Assembly (NCBI RefSeq): GCF_001194135.2
Contig: NC_068992.1
Coordinates: forward strand, 16,766,471-16,830,053
Length of the DNA stretch: 63,583 nucleotides
Direction of reading: 5' to 3'
DNA from: Octopus bimaculoides
Taxonomy: Eukaryota
Numbering within the stretch: position 1 is the stretch's first letter; every line of letters begins with the position of its first letter. This document shows positions 13,628-25,506 of the stretch, piece by piece. The notes below the pieces were generated by a model. That model was not told the DNA's origin, did not search any database, and saw only the letters and a list, made by a program, of their open reading frames with translations. The position numbers were made by a program, and so were the translations under genes.

Positions 13628-13686
13628 TTGTTCGGATATGGTACACATGCCCAAAATCTGGGATTGTGTACCATATACGCAATTTG
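13628..13686 (-). ncRNA. Candidate pre-miRNA-like hairpin in an intron of the kinase gene
   Basis: Perfect 12-bp stem atatggtacaca (13636-13647) / tgtgtaccatat (13665-13676), a 2x2 internal loop, a 4-bp stem ccca/tggg and a 5-nt loop. Pairing continues imperfectly at the base. The sequence is unique, non-repeat. Strand is inferred from the host gene. Confidence 0.4.
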
Positions 13687-14196
13687 TTTCTGTGAGAGGT
13701 CTGTCCGTACAAGTTGTATTTTTGCTCTCTAACAAACAACGTCGAATCTCAGAAAAGTGGCAGGCACATTATCCAGAGACGAACAACTTAACAGTCACGA
13801 TCAAATTATTTTATCATTAACTATAATATCATTGGCTTCACCTAGATTCTCAGTCGGGAACATATTGATGTCGCTATATGAGATGTTGTCAGAAGAACAG
13901 GTAGCATGGAAGATATGACTGTCTTCTTTGAGGAGAGAAAAATTTTGAATGTGAAAAACTATATGTTTGCTTGTAACAGTCCAAAATTGTTTCCATTTTC
14001 TTTAACATGATGTACGCCAATAGATCGATGGTTGCAAACTCATATCAATCGCACATACTGTTTGTAGCACAAAGTTACCATCTGCACTGCAGTCAGTCCT
14101 ATAATTGTTGCAATCCAATCAAGTCAGTTATTTTGTATAATTTTATTAAACCTTATATGGCTGCGTCTATCAAAGAATGCGATTCAAAAAACATAC

Positions 14197-14343
14197 CTGA
14201 AATAATTCACTTCTTTCTTCATCCATTCAATTAGGGACGATGATAATTGGTTTGGGTGAATCACTAGAGTTAACCGTTTCACAGCCACAGTCCAAGAGTC
14301 CCATTGACCAACGAAGGTATCAGCAAAAATACCACCACCCAGT
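14197..14343 (-). CDS. Protein kinase subdomains I-III exon (RLGGGIFADTFVGQWDSWTVAVKRLTLVIHPNQLSSSLIEWMKKEVNYF)
   Basis: Acceptor atatgtttcag|A and donor TTCAG|gtatgt. 147 nt, phase 2->2. Gly-rich loop GGGIFA, VAVK lysine, and an alphaC-like Glu in KKEV. Confidence 0.85.
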
Positions 14344-17300
14344 CTGAAACATATGACAATCGGAATTAAACAAATTAGTTGTAAATATGTTTTCTTATGG
14401 GACGATAAGTCATTATTCATATTATAAACATAAATTGAGTTTCTGGTTTACTTAAAACTTTGTTTATATATTCCAAATGGCGTTCTTCTCTAAGAAACCC
14501 TTCTTGACTCAGTAGAGTGGTAAATATCTAAAGAGATGTTGGCAATTTGGATATCATTATACCCAGCACAACGCTAAAATCTAGGAGTGGGGAGAGAGAG
14601 AGAAAGAGTGAGAAAGAAACAGAGACATAGAAGACACAAAAATCATGGTATTTGTGTAAACCTGAATTTCAATCATTGTCTTGACTGCGGGAAATAATTT
14701 GGGTTATAAATATTACTTATTGGCAATGATTGAATATAAACGACCCATAATTCAGCTGCTTCACTGATACCATACCCGCACAACATACTTCAATGCCACA
14801 GCTGAAGTAAGGGTAAATGAACGTTTAGCAGATGTTGGATTCCAATTCTGCGAGTTAGGAACCAATGTGGCAGTAAAGTGCTGGCCACTTCTGTACGTAA
14901 ATTAAATATAAACACCTAATTTAAGTTTTAAATTATTACCGTGCTTAAATCGTAAACCAATTTCACATACATATATTGATGATCGTGTATGGTTTCTGAA
15001 GGAAATAATGAGTAAAGCGGTTGCCATAGAACACAATCTTCCTCATATGTCATCGCATTATCTTATTTGTGTGAAAAGCCATGAGATAAATTTCTAAAGA
15101 GCAAGCACTTCACCCATAGCAACTCTGGGAATATATAGCTCACTGTTTTCTTCGGTTGAAGCAATATATATTTAATACATTTATTGTATGATTTATTTAC
15201 TGAAAGATTTGTAGACAGATATGGTCATTGTTTATTAGAATTCAAATGATTTACAGTCAATAATGGAGACTTTGTGATTACGCAGTGTAACTTAAGATAA
15301 CCGTCTTTAGTGAGTCGTTTCTCTTTCCAAACTATAATGATGATATCTGTTGAAGTGCTTATTGCAAGGAAAAGATGTCATTCTACAATGCCTTCTTTAT
15401 CTGACTGTGTTATCACTTCATATAACCACATAAATAAAATTACTTGGAGGTGAATAAACGATATTATGGATTTCGCTTGAACCAGAAACCAGACACCGCT
15501 GTTCTGTAAAACGGGATTTATAGGATATTTAAACGTTTTGCCTTCCAGCAAACAAGGAAAGTAAACTGACACTAAAAGAAATCACTTATTCTACATATTT
15601 TAACGACTTCCGTAACGAAGGACGTAATTATAAAGGTGATATTATATATGAAAGCAATATTAATACGATCACATAATATTAATACTAAAATGAACTTCTC
15701 TTCTCTGTGTTGTATAACTGAGAGCTATTTACGTCATTTCAAACGCAAGAATACGATTCACAATTAGAGAGATGCATCTCCTTCCTAAATATTAAAAGCT
15801 CAAAGTATTGAAAAGCGACAATTGAATAACGACAATGCGGTGGAGATGACGCTGACGTATACACAGTATAAATTCGCATTATAGTTCAAGCCTAGTTTGC
15901 TACAAATATATATTTCAGATTAATTTTTTGAAATACGTATATTATATTTCGGATAACGGAAATGTATTGAAACGGGAGAGTGTATTAAAGCATATTTCAT
16001 TAGTTAATCAATTGATATATATCAAGCAAATATGGATTCGGTTAAATCTTTTGGTTGCTCACATGACACTAGAGACAAGTCTTTCACTTTTAAAAGACCA
16101 GTGATGTCCAGTAAAAGCAATCTTCATTAGTTGTTACAATATGTATAGAGTTATTACAAAAACTGAATTGTCTGCTTATTGAATTAGCATGTCATTGGTT
16201 TAATATCTAAAGGACACGAGTATCCCTAACGTAATACATAAATTCAGTTTGACAAAGTGTATGGCAAAGCTCGTGCATTGAATTACAGATACAATAACCA
16301 CGATGATCTGCCACAAAGTTTCAGTCTAGTCACAATGCCTGGATTTACGCGAAGCAAGAATATACTAAAATACTACAATAAGAGAACTACAGCAGGAAAT
16401 CGGGATTGTAAAGCGAATATTTTAATCATTCAGCCTAACTGCGCTTCTCTCGAAATTAATTTCTATCAGTATAAGACAGCAATATCCGACAGCCGTGGGC
16501 TGTGAAGCATATAGAATAGACTATCCATTAAAAAAAGACGAGTAAATATTTGTGTTTGATCCGAGTTTCAAGCCAGTGAGAAAACATTTCGTATCTTTCC
16601 CGTTGCAAATTAGATTAGTACTGATTCATAACTAGAGCCAGGACAATTATACGTAGTGGCGAGCTTTAATCCGTTACAACCGATTTTAAAGATCAAAGAG
16701 ATGACTGAAACCGACACCCGTTGAATTTAAAATTAGTAAGCTGAATGATTACTGAACTCGAAAACACGTAATACCATTCTATTACATCAGCTCTATATGA
16801 CATGTTATATCATTCACTATATTGTTTCTCCATTTATAGACTTACTTTATCTTAGCGATATAAAACATCATCTAAATAGTATAGAATTAATCAGTAGGTG
16901 ATCCTTCCCGAGCCAACTTTCCGAGTGAGTCATATTTTCATACAAGATGGTTTCCCAGATTCAGTGATATATATATATATANNNNNNNNNNNNNNNNNNN
17001 NNNNNNNNNNNNNNNNNNNNNNNNNNNNNNNNNNNNNNNNNNNNNNNNNNNNNNNNNNNNNNNNNNNNNNNNNNNNNNNNNNNNNNNNNNNNNNNNNNNN
17101 NNNNNNNNNNNNNNNNNNNNNNNNNNNNNNNNNNNNNNNNNNNNNNNNNNNNNNNNNNNNNNNNNNNNNNNNNNNNNNNNNNNNNNNNNNNNNNNNNNNN
17201 NNNNNNNNNNNNNNNNNNNNNNNNNNNNNNNNNNNNNNNNNNNNNNNNNNNNNNNNNNNNNNNNNNNNNNNNNNNNNNNNNNNNNNNNNNNNNNNNNNNN

Positions 17301-18449
17301 NNNNNNNNNNNNNNNNNNNNNNNNNNNNNNNNNNNNNNNNNNNNNNNNNNNNNNNNNNNNNNNNNNNNNNNNNNNNNNNNNNNNNNNNNNNNNNNNNNNN
17401 NNNNNNNNNNNNNNNNNNNNNNNNNNNNNNNNNNNNNNNNNNNNNNNNNNNNNNNNNNNNNNNNNNNNNNNATATATATACACTCAATATTTTAGATTTA
17501 TATAATTTTATGTGATGTAGACTTAATAGCCGTTGTTGCTCAAATATATACCACTGACCACTCGGAGTTGTTTAACTTAACACATTTTCGCATTGAGCAA
17601 ACTGTCAATGCCATAGATATGTTTTCATTTTTCGCACAATTATTTGCCCGTATCCTTCTTTTGAGAGAAAAGTGGGATAAACGCTGTATTAATGGTGCTT
17701 TTTGAAGCAGATCACGTGCCTAAATTTTCTCGTCGCATCCATAAGGATTTAAACTGTGTTTTCCTTAATGGTATGTCAAATTTCAAGGATTTTTGATTCG
17801 AGAAACTATTGCTCTTCTTACTTCAAACCAGTCCCAGTTGCCACCAAACGATTATCTTAACTTCTATGCAAGGGAAAGTGGTATCAATACAGCGAGAACT
17901 TATCTGATTTGGCAAATACTTCGTCTTTGTTTCTTAAACGCATGCCAATGACCACACCAAGTCATTTCGCTTAACTCATTCTCTTTATGTATGTATACGC
18001 ACACACACACACACACGCACGCACGCACGCACACACACACACACACATACACACACACATACATACATACACACAAACATATATTTACATATATTGAAAA
18101 CACAAAAGGGTGGTTAAAGTATACGCGAACTCTTTTGTTCCAAATCCTATTAAGTTAAATAGGGTCTCTAAATTATATTACGCCTTTCACCAGTAAAATC
18201 AAATCATACTACATTCACAGGTTCCGTAAGTCTTTTATATTCATCTCCATAATTAGCAGCGGCCATCAATGTCACTTTACAGAAATTTGCACATACTCTT
18301 TCAGATCTATTCCTCATTAAACATTTTTTTTTTGCTTCTACTGCTGCATTTTCCTTCCAAGTGTCTTCGTTTAACTCTTATTCTGTTCCTTTTCTTTCGC
18401 TTTCATTTCCTGTTCGTTTCCTTTTTCCTTTTTTTTTTTTTTTCATTAG

Positions 18450-18544
18450 AGAGAAAATCCACTCCCGTGCAGTAATATGCTTGTTGAAGAGAGACTTGGG
18501 AGTCATCCTACAGTAGTCGTAAATGTGAGAAATGCGTGTCGATG
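18450..18544 (+). CDS. Candidate antisense/nested exon (RENPLPCSNMLVEERLGSHPTVVVNVRNACR)
   Basis: Very long pyrimidine tract ending cattag|AG, donor GATG|gtgagc, and only the phase 0->2 frame is open. No partner exons established. Confidence 0.25.
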
Positions 18545-18759
18545 GTGAGCTGCCTAGCATTCCACCTCGTCGATAAAATGATCTGTCATAAACACACACA
18601 CACAAAGACACATATATGCACATACACACATAAGCACACACTCCTACATATGTACCTGCCCTGCTGCTGTTAAATAAATTCATGGAACTCAATCTACCAT
18701 TGCTTGACTTGGAATGACTAGTGGAGTGGTTTCAGTTTGTCTTTGACAAGCAGGTACGC

Positions 18760-18950
18760 TTTGAACTCAGAACACAGAGACTCGGAATATATACCGTAAT
18801 GCATGTCTGCCCACGTGTCAACGATTCTGTCACTCTCTAACTTGCAGAGCAACGTGAATGCTTTGCTCAAGGACACAAACTTGTGCTGCTCCGTCCGGGA
18901 ATGAAATCCAAAATCTAGGAATCGTGTATTCAAAACTCTAAGCACTAAAC
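18760..18950 (-). mobile_element. Degenerate tRNA-SINE (family C/D related)
   Basis: Minus-strand head gtggtttagtgcttagag..gatttcattcc and core tgtgtccttgagcaaagcattcac. Confidence 0.6.
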
Positions 18951-18977
18951 CACACACACATATACACACAAACACCG

Positions 18978-18978
<1 letters not shown>

Positions 18979-19070
<92 letters not shown>

Positions 19071-19080
19071 TATGTGTGTG
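18979..19080. repeat. (TG)n microsatellite
   Basis: About 42 perfect units followed by degenerate units. Confidence 0.97.
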
Positions 19081-19529
19081 TCTGCGTGCATAACTATGTA
19101 TATATACATGCATATATTTCCTCCACAGTACCCCCAAAAGATACCATTCACGAAAAGAAGTTATATTACAACCAGAAAAAATGTAATACCTTTCAACATG
19201 CGCTGCAGAATTGATATTAAGGCAATTAACACTCTAGTTTGCATTCGTAAAGTAGATACGATCTCTCGTCCTAACTACAAATATAATTGCATTTTTATGA
19301 ACATACGGTTAAACTCTCAGACTCTACAACACCTAATCTTTCTGACGTTATACTATTCTCCAATGTCTCTAAATTGAACCCGTGAGACAACAACAATGCA
19401 CAAAGTCAATATCTCAAAGTCGAAGATCTACCCTACAGATGAAATGGGTAAGGGCCTATAATATTGCTGTCAAATTTTTGCACATGGCCGGCAAATATTA
19501 TAATAGGATTAAGTCGGTTTTGTAGACGC

Positions 19530-19665
19530 CAATGCTCAGAAGAAACTTATTTTATCAACCTCGAAATGAAGAAAGGCGAAGTTGACTCTGGCGGAATCTG
19601 AAGTCAGATCGTGAAATCACAAGAAATCCCGCTAAGCATTTTAGCCGGCGCTGTAACGTCTTATG
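19530..19665 (-). mobile_element. SINE family A, partial
   Basis: Reverse complement of the aaatgcttagcgg..ttcagattccgccagagtcaacttcgcctttc core. Confidence 0.7.
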
Positions 19666-19789
19666 ATATTTGTTTCAAGTCTTGGCACACGGCCAGCAAT
19701 TTCGAACAAAAGGATAAGTCTGCTCTAATCTCTCATCACCTGTACACATCCTCCATTAAACCACCCCTCTAAAGATCTTTTCCTTGCAA

Positions 19790-19985
19790 GTTACTTGGTT
19801 ACCCCACCAGTGTTGGTGCCAAGTTAAATGCACCCACTCCAATCTATAAAATGGTTGGCGTTAAAAAGGGCAGCCGTAAGACCTTGCGAAAACAGACAGA
19901 CTTCCAACTTGCCCACTCCTGAAAAAGCATCGAACCCACGCTAGAGTGGATAACGGACGTGAAATGATGATGATGATGACGATGA
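19790..19985 (+). mobile_element. 3' part of a further SINE-like family with (ATG)n tail
   Basis: caagttacttgg..accagtgttggtgcca..atggttggcgttaaaaagggc..aacggacgtgaaatgatgatgatg. Confidence 0.6.
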
Positions 19986-20677
19986 TATATATATATCATT
20001 AATACAACTACACTAAGCTGAAGAATATAAGATATAGTAATATAAACGTCCTAAATTCAGTGGCGGCGTTAATGAAGATGTTACGCGTTAATTTGATGTG
20101 TTAAAGTAATCTTTACTAATGTATATCGAATTATACATAAATATATACAAGATTTACACAGATATAAGAGTTAGAACTTGTGACCGGCCCGCTCACCTTT
20201 TTCTTTGGAAATTTTTACCAGTCGAACTAAAAAATTTCCCCAACCCTGGTCTAAAGCGACCTATAAAGATTGAAAGGGACCGATTTGAACTTTTTGTTGC
20301 CCATTTGCTTTCGTTGAAGACAAGTCTGCTAGCATGATCTTGATAATAGTAGTTGCAGAAACCCAACGGATATGTTTATCCATCGCGTTGATGTGGAATA
20401 TCTTTCCATAATACAATTACATTCATCATAAAATTTGCTAACAAGTATATGTAGACGTTATGTAGCTAAAATTGTTGTAATTACGACTTATAATTGGCTA
20501 TTCAAAATATACGATGAATATTATCCAGCCAAGTGGAATCAATAACATTGATATCTGCAGCAGGCAGCAATTTCTACACACACACACAGGCGCACGAACA
20601 TACACGCATACACAGGCATACACTTGGTTATACAAACGTACATACACATGCATATTATATATATGCATATATATATC

Positions 20678-20727
<50 letters not shown>

Positions 20728-20814
20728 ATTATATATACACACACGTATATATATGTACATACACACACACACACGCGCGCACACACGTATATATGTATGT
20801 ATACAAGCTTGGAT

Positions 20815-20935
20815 CTGTGGTAAGACGTTTTTTTCCTCATCTCATGGTTCAACGATGATGCGTTTACGTCCGGTAACATAGCGGTTAGGCAAAAGAAACT
20901 ATAGAATACGTCCCAGCTTAAATAGAAGTGTACTG
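20815..20935 (+). mobile_element. Internally deleted SINE B fragment
   Basis: Head ctgtggtaag..catggttc joined directly to gtttacgtccggtaacatagcggttaggcaaaaga. Confidence 0.6.
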
Positions 20936-21098
20936 GGGTCCATTAATATATGTATGTATGTATGTATCTATGTATGTGTTTATGTATGTATATATGTATG
21001 TGAGCATAGAAGAGAATAGAGCTTGCATGTTTATATATATGAATATCACGCATCTCTGTTCACACCTAAAGGTGTATGCATATATGTATGTATGTATG

Positions 21099-21157
<59 letters not shown>

Positions 21158-21289
21158 TCACATATGCATGTGTATGTATTTATATACATATATACATATA
21201 CATATATACATATATGTATACACACACATATTTTATGCACATATTATATACATATACACATATATATATATATATATATCGTTTACACT

Positions 21290-21722
21290 TTTTACTCTTT
21301 TACTTGTTTCAGTCATTTGACTGCCGCCATGCTGGAGCACCACCTTTAGTCGAGCAAACCGACCCCAGGACTTATTCTTTGTAAGCCTACTACTTATTCT
21401 AGCGGTCCCTTTTTTGCCGAACCGCTAAGTTTCCGGGACGTAACCACACCAGCATCGGTTGTCAAGTGATGTTGGGGGGGAGAAACACAGACACAAACAC
21501 ACACACACACACATATATACATATACATATATACGACGGGCTTATTTCAGTTTCCCTCTATGTGTGTGTGTGTGTGTGTGTGTCTACTAAATCCACTCAC
21601 AAGGCTTTGGTCGGCCCGACCCGAGGCTATAGTAGAAGACACTTGCCCAAGGTGCCACACAGTGGGACTGAACCTGGAACCATGTGGTTGGTAAGTAAGC
21701 TACTAACCACACAGCCACTCCT
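21290..21722 (-). mobile_element. SINE family B, full length
   Basis: Reverse complement of 3001-3560, including the internal CA/TA tracts. Confidence 0.9.
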
Positions 21723-22105
21723 GTGCGTATATATNNNNNNNNNNNNNNNNNNNNNNNNNNNNNNNNNNNNNNNNNNNNNNNNNNNNNNNNNNNNNNNNNN
21801 NNNNNNNNNNNNNNNNNNNNNNNNNNNNNNNNNNNNNNNNNNNNNNNNNNNNNNNNNNNNNNNNNNNNNNNNNNNNNNNNNNNNNNNNNNNNNNNNNNNN
21901 NNNNNNNNNNNNNNNNNNNNNNNNNNNNNNNNNNNNNNNNNNNNNNNNNNNNNNNNNNNNNNNNNNNNNNNNNNNNNNNNNNNNNNNNNNNNNNNNNNNN
22001 NNNNNNNNNNNNNNNNNNNNNNNNNNNNNNNNNNNNNNNNNNNNNNNNNNNNNNNNNNNNNNNNNNNNNNNNNNNNNNNNNNNNNNNNNNNNNNNNNNNN
22101 NNNNN

Positions 22106-22138
<33 letters not shown>

Positions 22139-22285
22139 CTCGGTCCCTTTCTCCTGCTCCTCCTGTATCTTCCTCTCTGTTTACCCCACTCTCTTCTTTC
22201 GTGAACTCTGTCAATATATTTATACGCGTGTCTTTGTGTATGTCTGGTTGTGTGTGAGTGTATGTACGTACGTATGTATATGTAA

Positions 22286-22319
<34 letters not shown>

Positions 22320-22694
22320 TACTTAAGTACATGATTATATATTATAGTCTATAACGTGTGTTTGTGTGTACATGCATCTAAACCTCAGTGCATACATATA
22401 CGTGAATACATGTTCGTGTGTGCGAGAGAGTAAGAGAGAGAGGGGAGAGAAGGAGGGAGTAGATGAGCGTGTGAGTGAGTTAGTGATTGCGATGCGAATG
22501 ATAATTTCACTTATCGATCACACTGCAATACTTATTCCGTTCGTACGGGTGGCAGTTTCTACTTCATCCTCTATTTGCCCAACACGTTTCCGACAGAGTA
22601 TTTCAAACTCATCAATAATAATAATAATAAGAAGAAGAAGAAGAATAAGAATAATAATAAGAAGAAGAAGAAGAAGAAGAAAACCAGCAACCAG

Positions 22695-23120
22695 AAGAAT
22701 GCCCTGAAACAGTACCAGATAGTGGCTCTCATGCCTTAGGATCTTAACTGATGGAAGCGTTTGCCTGTACATGGTTTATCTTGTAAAATGTGGGCAACTA
22801 AATATTTTGTTCAATACAACAGATATTCTTGTCAGTTTCCCGACATGTGCCTTAGTGGCTGATGATATATGCCACTCTGATAATGAGCAGAAGTAGTGGG
22901 GGATCATCATGGCCATGTGTTGAGAGGAGTTCTTTTGGAGTTGAATACTTCACCTCTGGAATCCCGACTGTTTCATTCATCATCCTTAAGCAACCTTGTT
23001 AGGGGAACTATTAAGTCGGATGGACTACACGACTTGACGAAAACCCTAAGTGAACCCCACCTGCCAGGTCATGCGCTGTTTATCTTGATATGAGAACACC
23101 ATGTGACGCACCTATTGTTG
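22695..23120. repeat. Unclassified GC-richer interspersed repeat abutting the LINE fragment
   Basis: Higher-complexity block between the (AAT/AAG)n tract at 22612-22682 and the LINE zinc knuckle. No clean ORF, and class not determined. Confidence 0.4.
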
Positions 23121-23124
23121 TGGT

Positions 23125-23661
23125 GTCTGTGAAGTGTAGAACTGGCAGCACAACTGAAACCGACAAATGCAGATTGTGTGGTGAGAGAGTTGAAACGGTA
23201 AGGAGCATTGCCAGTGAATGCCCGAAATTAGCACAACGTGACAAGAACGGTCCATTAGGAGCTCTGTGCATATTACGCTCTACAAGGATCAAAAAGGTGG
23301 TACGAACAAATACTAGGAATTACTGAAAATGAAGCCTGCAAAATCCTGTGGGATGCAATGGTTCAGTGTGACCATTACATTAGACTTCAGAAACCGAACA
23401 TTTTTGTAGTAAATAAATACAACAAAAATTGCATGATAATCGACATAGTATGCCCTGGTGACAACATGACAAAAGACAAAGAAGAAGAAAAAGTAAACAA
23501 CTACGACGATTTCAAGTGGGAAATACGAAGGTTGTGGTCAATGAGGAGAGTAGACGTGGCACCGATAGTGACTGGCATGCTAACTTGTTGTCTCTTGAGG
23601 TCTCTGAGTGAGACTTGGAGCCAACTTGTACAAATACGAAGCAAAAGTCAAACATATGATG

Positions 23662-23720
<59 letters not shown>
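23125..23720 (+). mobile_element. 5'-truncated REL-endonuclease (R4/Dong-like) LINE: zinc knuckle, REL domain and (AAT)n tail
   Basis: DKCRLCGERVETVRSIASECPKLAQ (degenerate CCHC), KILWD..IQ/VQCD...KPNI..IIDIVCPGD..KEEEKVNNYDDFKWEIRRLWSMRRV..PIVTG, with frameshifts. (AAT)n at 23666-23720. Confidence 0.85.
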
Positions 23721-23721
<1 letters not shown>

Positions 23722-23744
23722 CTTGAAATTTTGGAACAAGGCTA

Positions 23745-23932
23745 TTAATTTGGGGAAGAAGCTCGAATGCATCGACCGCAGTTCCCTGCTGGTACTTATT
23801 TTATTGACCCTGAGAAAATGAAAGGGAATGTCGACCTCGGCGGAATTTGAACTCAGAATATAAAGACGGATCAAATGCTACTAAGCCTTTTATACACACC
23901 GTGCTAATGACTCTGGCAGCTCGCTACCACCG
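23745..23932 (-). mobile_element. SINE family A
   Basis: Reverse-complement core gtcgacctcggcggaatttgaactcagaa. Its tail is the (AAT)n shared with the LINE. Confidence 0.85.
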
Positions 23933-23973
23933 TAGCAGCAGTAGCAGTAGCAGCAGCAGGAGTACTAGCAGCG

Positions 23974-24024
<51 letters not shown>

Positions 24025-24030
24025 ATGATG
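23932..24030. repeat. (AGC/AGT)n microsatellite
   Basis: Read directly from the sequence. Confidence 0.95.
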
Positions 24031-24444
24031 ATCGTCGTCATCTTCCTGATAAATATATAGATCGTTAGTCAGACGTGAGTGTGTGTGTGAGTGCATGTGT
24101 AAAGCAATTTATTATTGCATATTGCTAAGTGCTTACTCTACAGAAATGCATGCCTTGCTTGTAAATACGGAGCCAATCATGAGCCAGTCGATTATTGATT
24201 TATTGAAAGAAAACATTTTCTATAACTAATCAAAATACTTTGTTGAATGGGTTAAGAAAATTCTGTATTTTTGGGAGAAATTATTGTGATTTTGGAAAGA
24301 TCTGTTAATTTCATAACTAGCGCCGGGCTATCGTTCTTTTCTGCTTTGTAGGGGGACATATTGCCTGCTTCCATTGATAGATAGACTGTTCAACTAAAGC
24401 TGGAGAGACATACGATACAGTTGTGATATCAGGCATGTTGTTAT

Positions 24445-24790
24445 AGTTAAGAAGCTCGCATTGCAAGAACGTGGTTTCGTGTTCAACTTCACTGCACAGC
24501 ATCTTTGGAAAGTATCTTCTGCTGTAGCCTCGGGCCGACCAATGTTTTGTGAGTGAATTTGGTAGATGGAGACTCTGTGGAAGCCTGTCGAATGTGTGTG
24601 TGTGTGTGTGCGTGTCCCTGTCTTTGTATTTGTGTACTGTTTGTCTCCTACCACCGCTCGACAACCACTATTGGTTTGCTTATGTTTGAGGAACATTAGC
24701 GGTTTGGCAACATGTACCGATAGAAAATAAGTGCTGAGATCGATTTTTTCTTTGTGTGCGTTATAGTATGTCTGCAGACGATTGATTGAA
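24445..24790 (+). mobile_element. SINE family B, degenerate
   Basis: gcctcgggccgaccaatgttttgtgagtgaatttggtagatggag, (TG)n and gcggtttggcaa. Confidence 0.8.
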
Positions 24791-24907
24791 AGGAATAATA
24801 GAGTGATGATATAAGATAAAAGATGTACAGTCAATATATATGTATAACACCTTTAAAATAAGAATTTTTAATAGATTAATTGTATTCACTATTAGAGACG
24901 ACGAAAA

Positions 24908-25125
24908 CAGCGGCGATCTGGCAGAAACGTTAGCAGGCCGGGCGAAAAGCTTTGCGGTATTTCGTCTGTCTTTACGTTCTGAGTCCAAATTCCGCCGAGG
25001 TCGACTTTACCTTTCATCCTTTCGGTGTAGATAAATTAAGTACCAGTTGCGTACTGGAGTCGATCTAATCGACTGGGACCTTTCCAAAATATGTTGTGCC
25101 TTGTTCCTAGAGTAGAAAAGATTAT
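24908..25125 (+). mobile_element. SINE family A, young copy
   Basis: cggcgatctggcagaaacgttagc..aaattccgccgaggtcgactttacctttcatcctttcgg..gataaattaagtaccagttgcgtactgg..gagtagaaaagattat. Confidence 0.9.
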
Positions 25126-25164
25126 AGACGAAGAACAAAAACATAGATCCATATAAACGCTTAC

Positions 25165-25297
25165 CTTTTACCCGTCTCAATCTGAGAGGCCGGGATGATA
25201 CAGCAATTGATTACAGGCAACTCCCGCTTCTTTGACTGCGCTAGTTGGGGTTCGTAATCCAACTGTGCTTTTATGGATTCTCGTTTTCGTGATTTAG
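25165..25297 (-). CDS. Juxtamembrane / kinase-entry exon (KSRKRESIKAQLDYEPQLAQSKKRELPVINCCIIPASQIETGK)
   Basis: Acceptor tttttcgttacttcag|CT and strong donor AAAG|gtaagc. 133 nt, phase 1->2. Joining to 14343 gives IIPASQIETGKRLGGGIF, a typical entry into a TK/TKL kinase domain. Confidence 0.8.
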
Positions 25298-25410
25298 CTG
25301 AAGTAACGAAAAATTTAATCATTGAATAATGCAGAAAACTATGTTCGTCTAATTATTAATGTATTCTTCAAATTATTACATTAGTTATATGTCTGGAGGA
25401 TACGATGTAC

Positions 25411-25506
25411 TAATTTTGTTTTTATTTTCTTGTGATTGTGGATGTTTGCTAAGCAATGGAGTTGTGCATAGAGTTGAGAGTTGCTCAGAGAAAGAACGAA
25501 GGCGCC
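25411..25506 (-). CDS. Possible optional juxtamembrane exon (RRLRSFSEQLSTLCTTPLLSKHPQSQENKNKI)
   Basis: Acceptor atatttgttcag|GG, open symmetric 96-nt phase 1->1 frame, but a weak donor (TTA|gtacat). Would leave a 113-nt intron before 25297. Confidence 0.3.

Noticed and set aside
13532-13790. ORFs containing QILGMCT and IPDFGH near the hairpin
   Set aside because: Motif spacing is incompatible with a kinase fold and there are no suitable splice sites. The hairpin explains the sequence better.
20215-20262. 42-nt minus-strand exon-like segment (tttatag|GTCGC..CTG|gtaaaa)
   Set aside because: It lies in the phase-2 intron, where its frame has a stop. The TAGACCAGGGTTGGGGAA sequence looks more like a hAT-type terminus.
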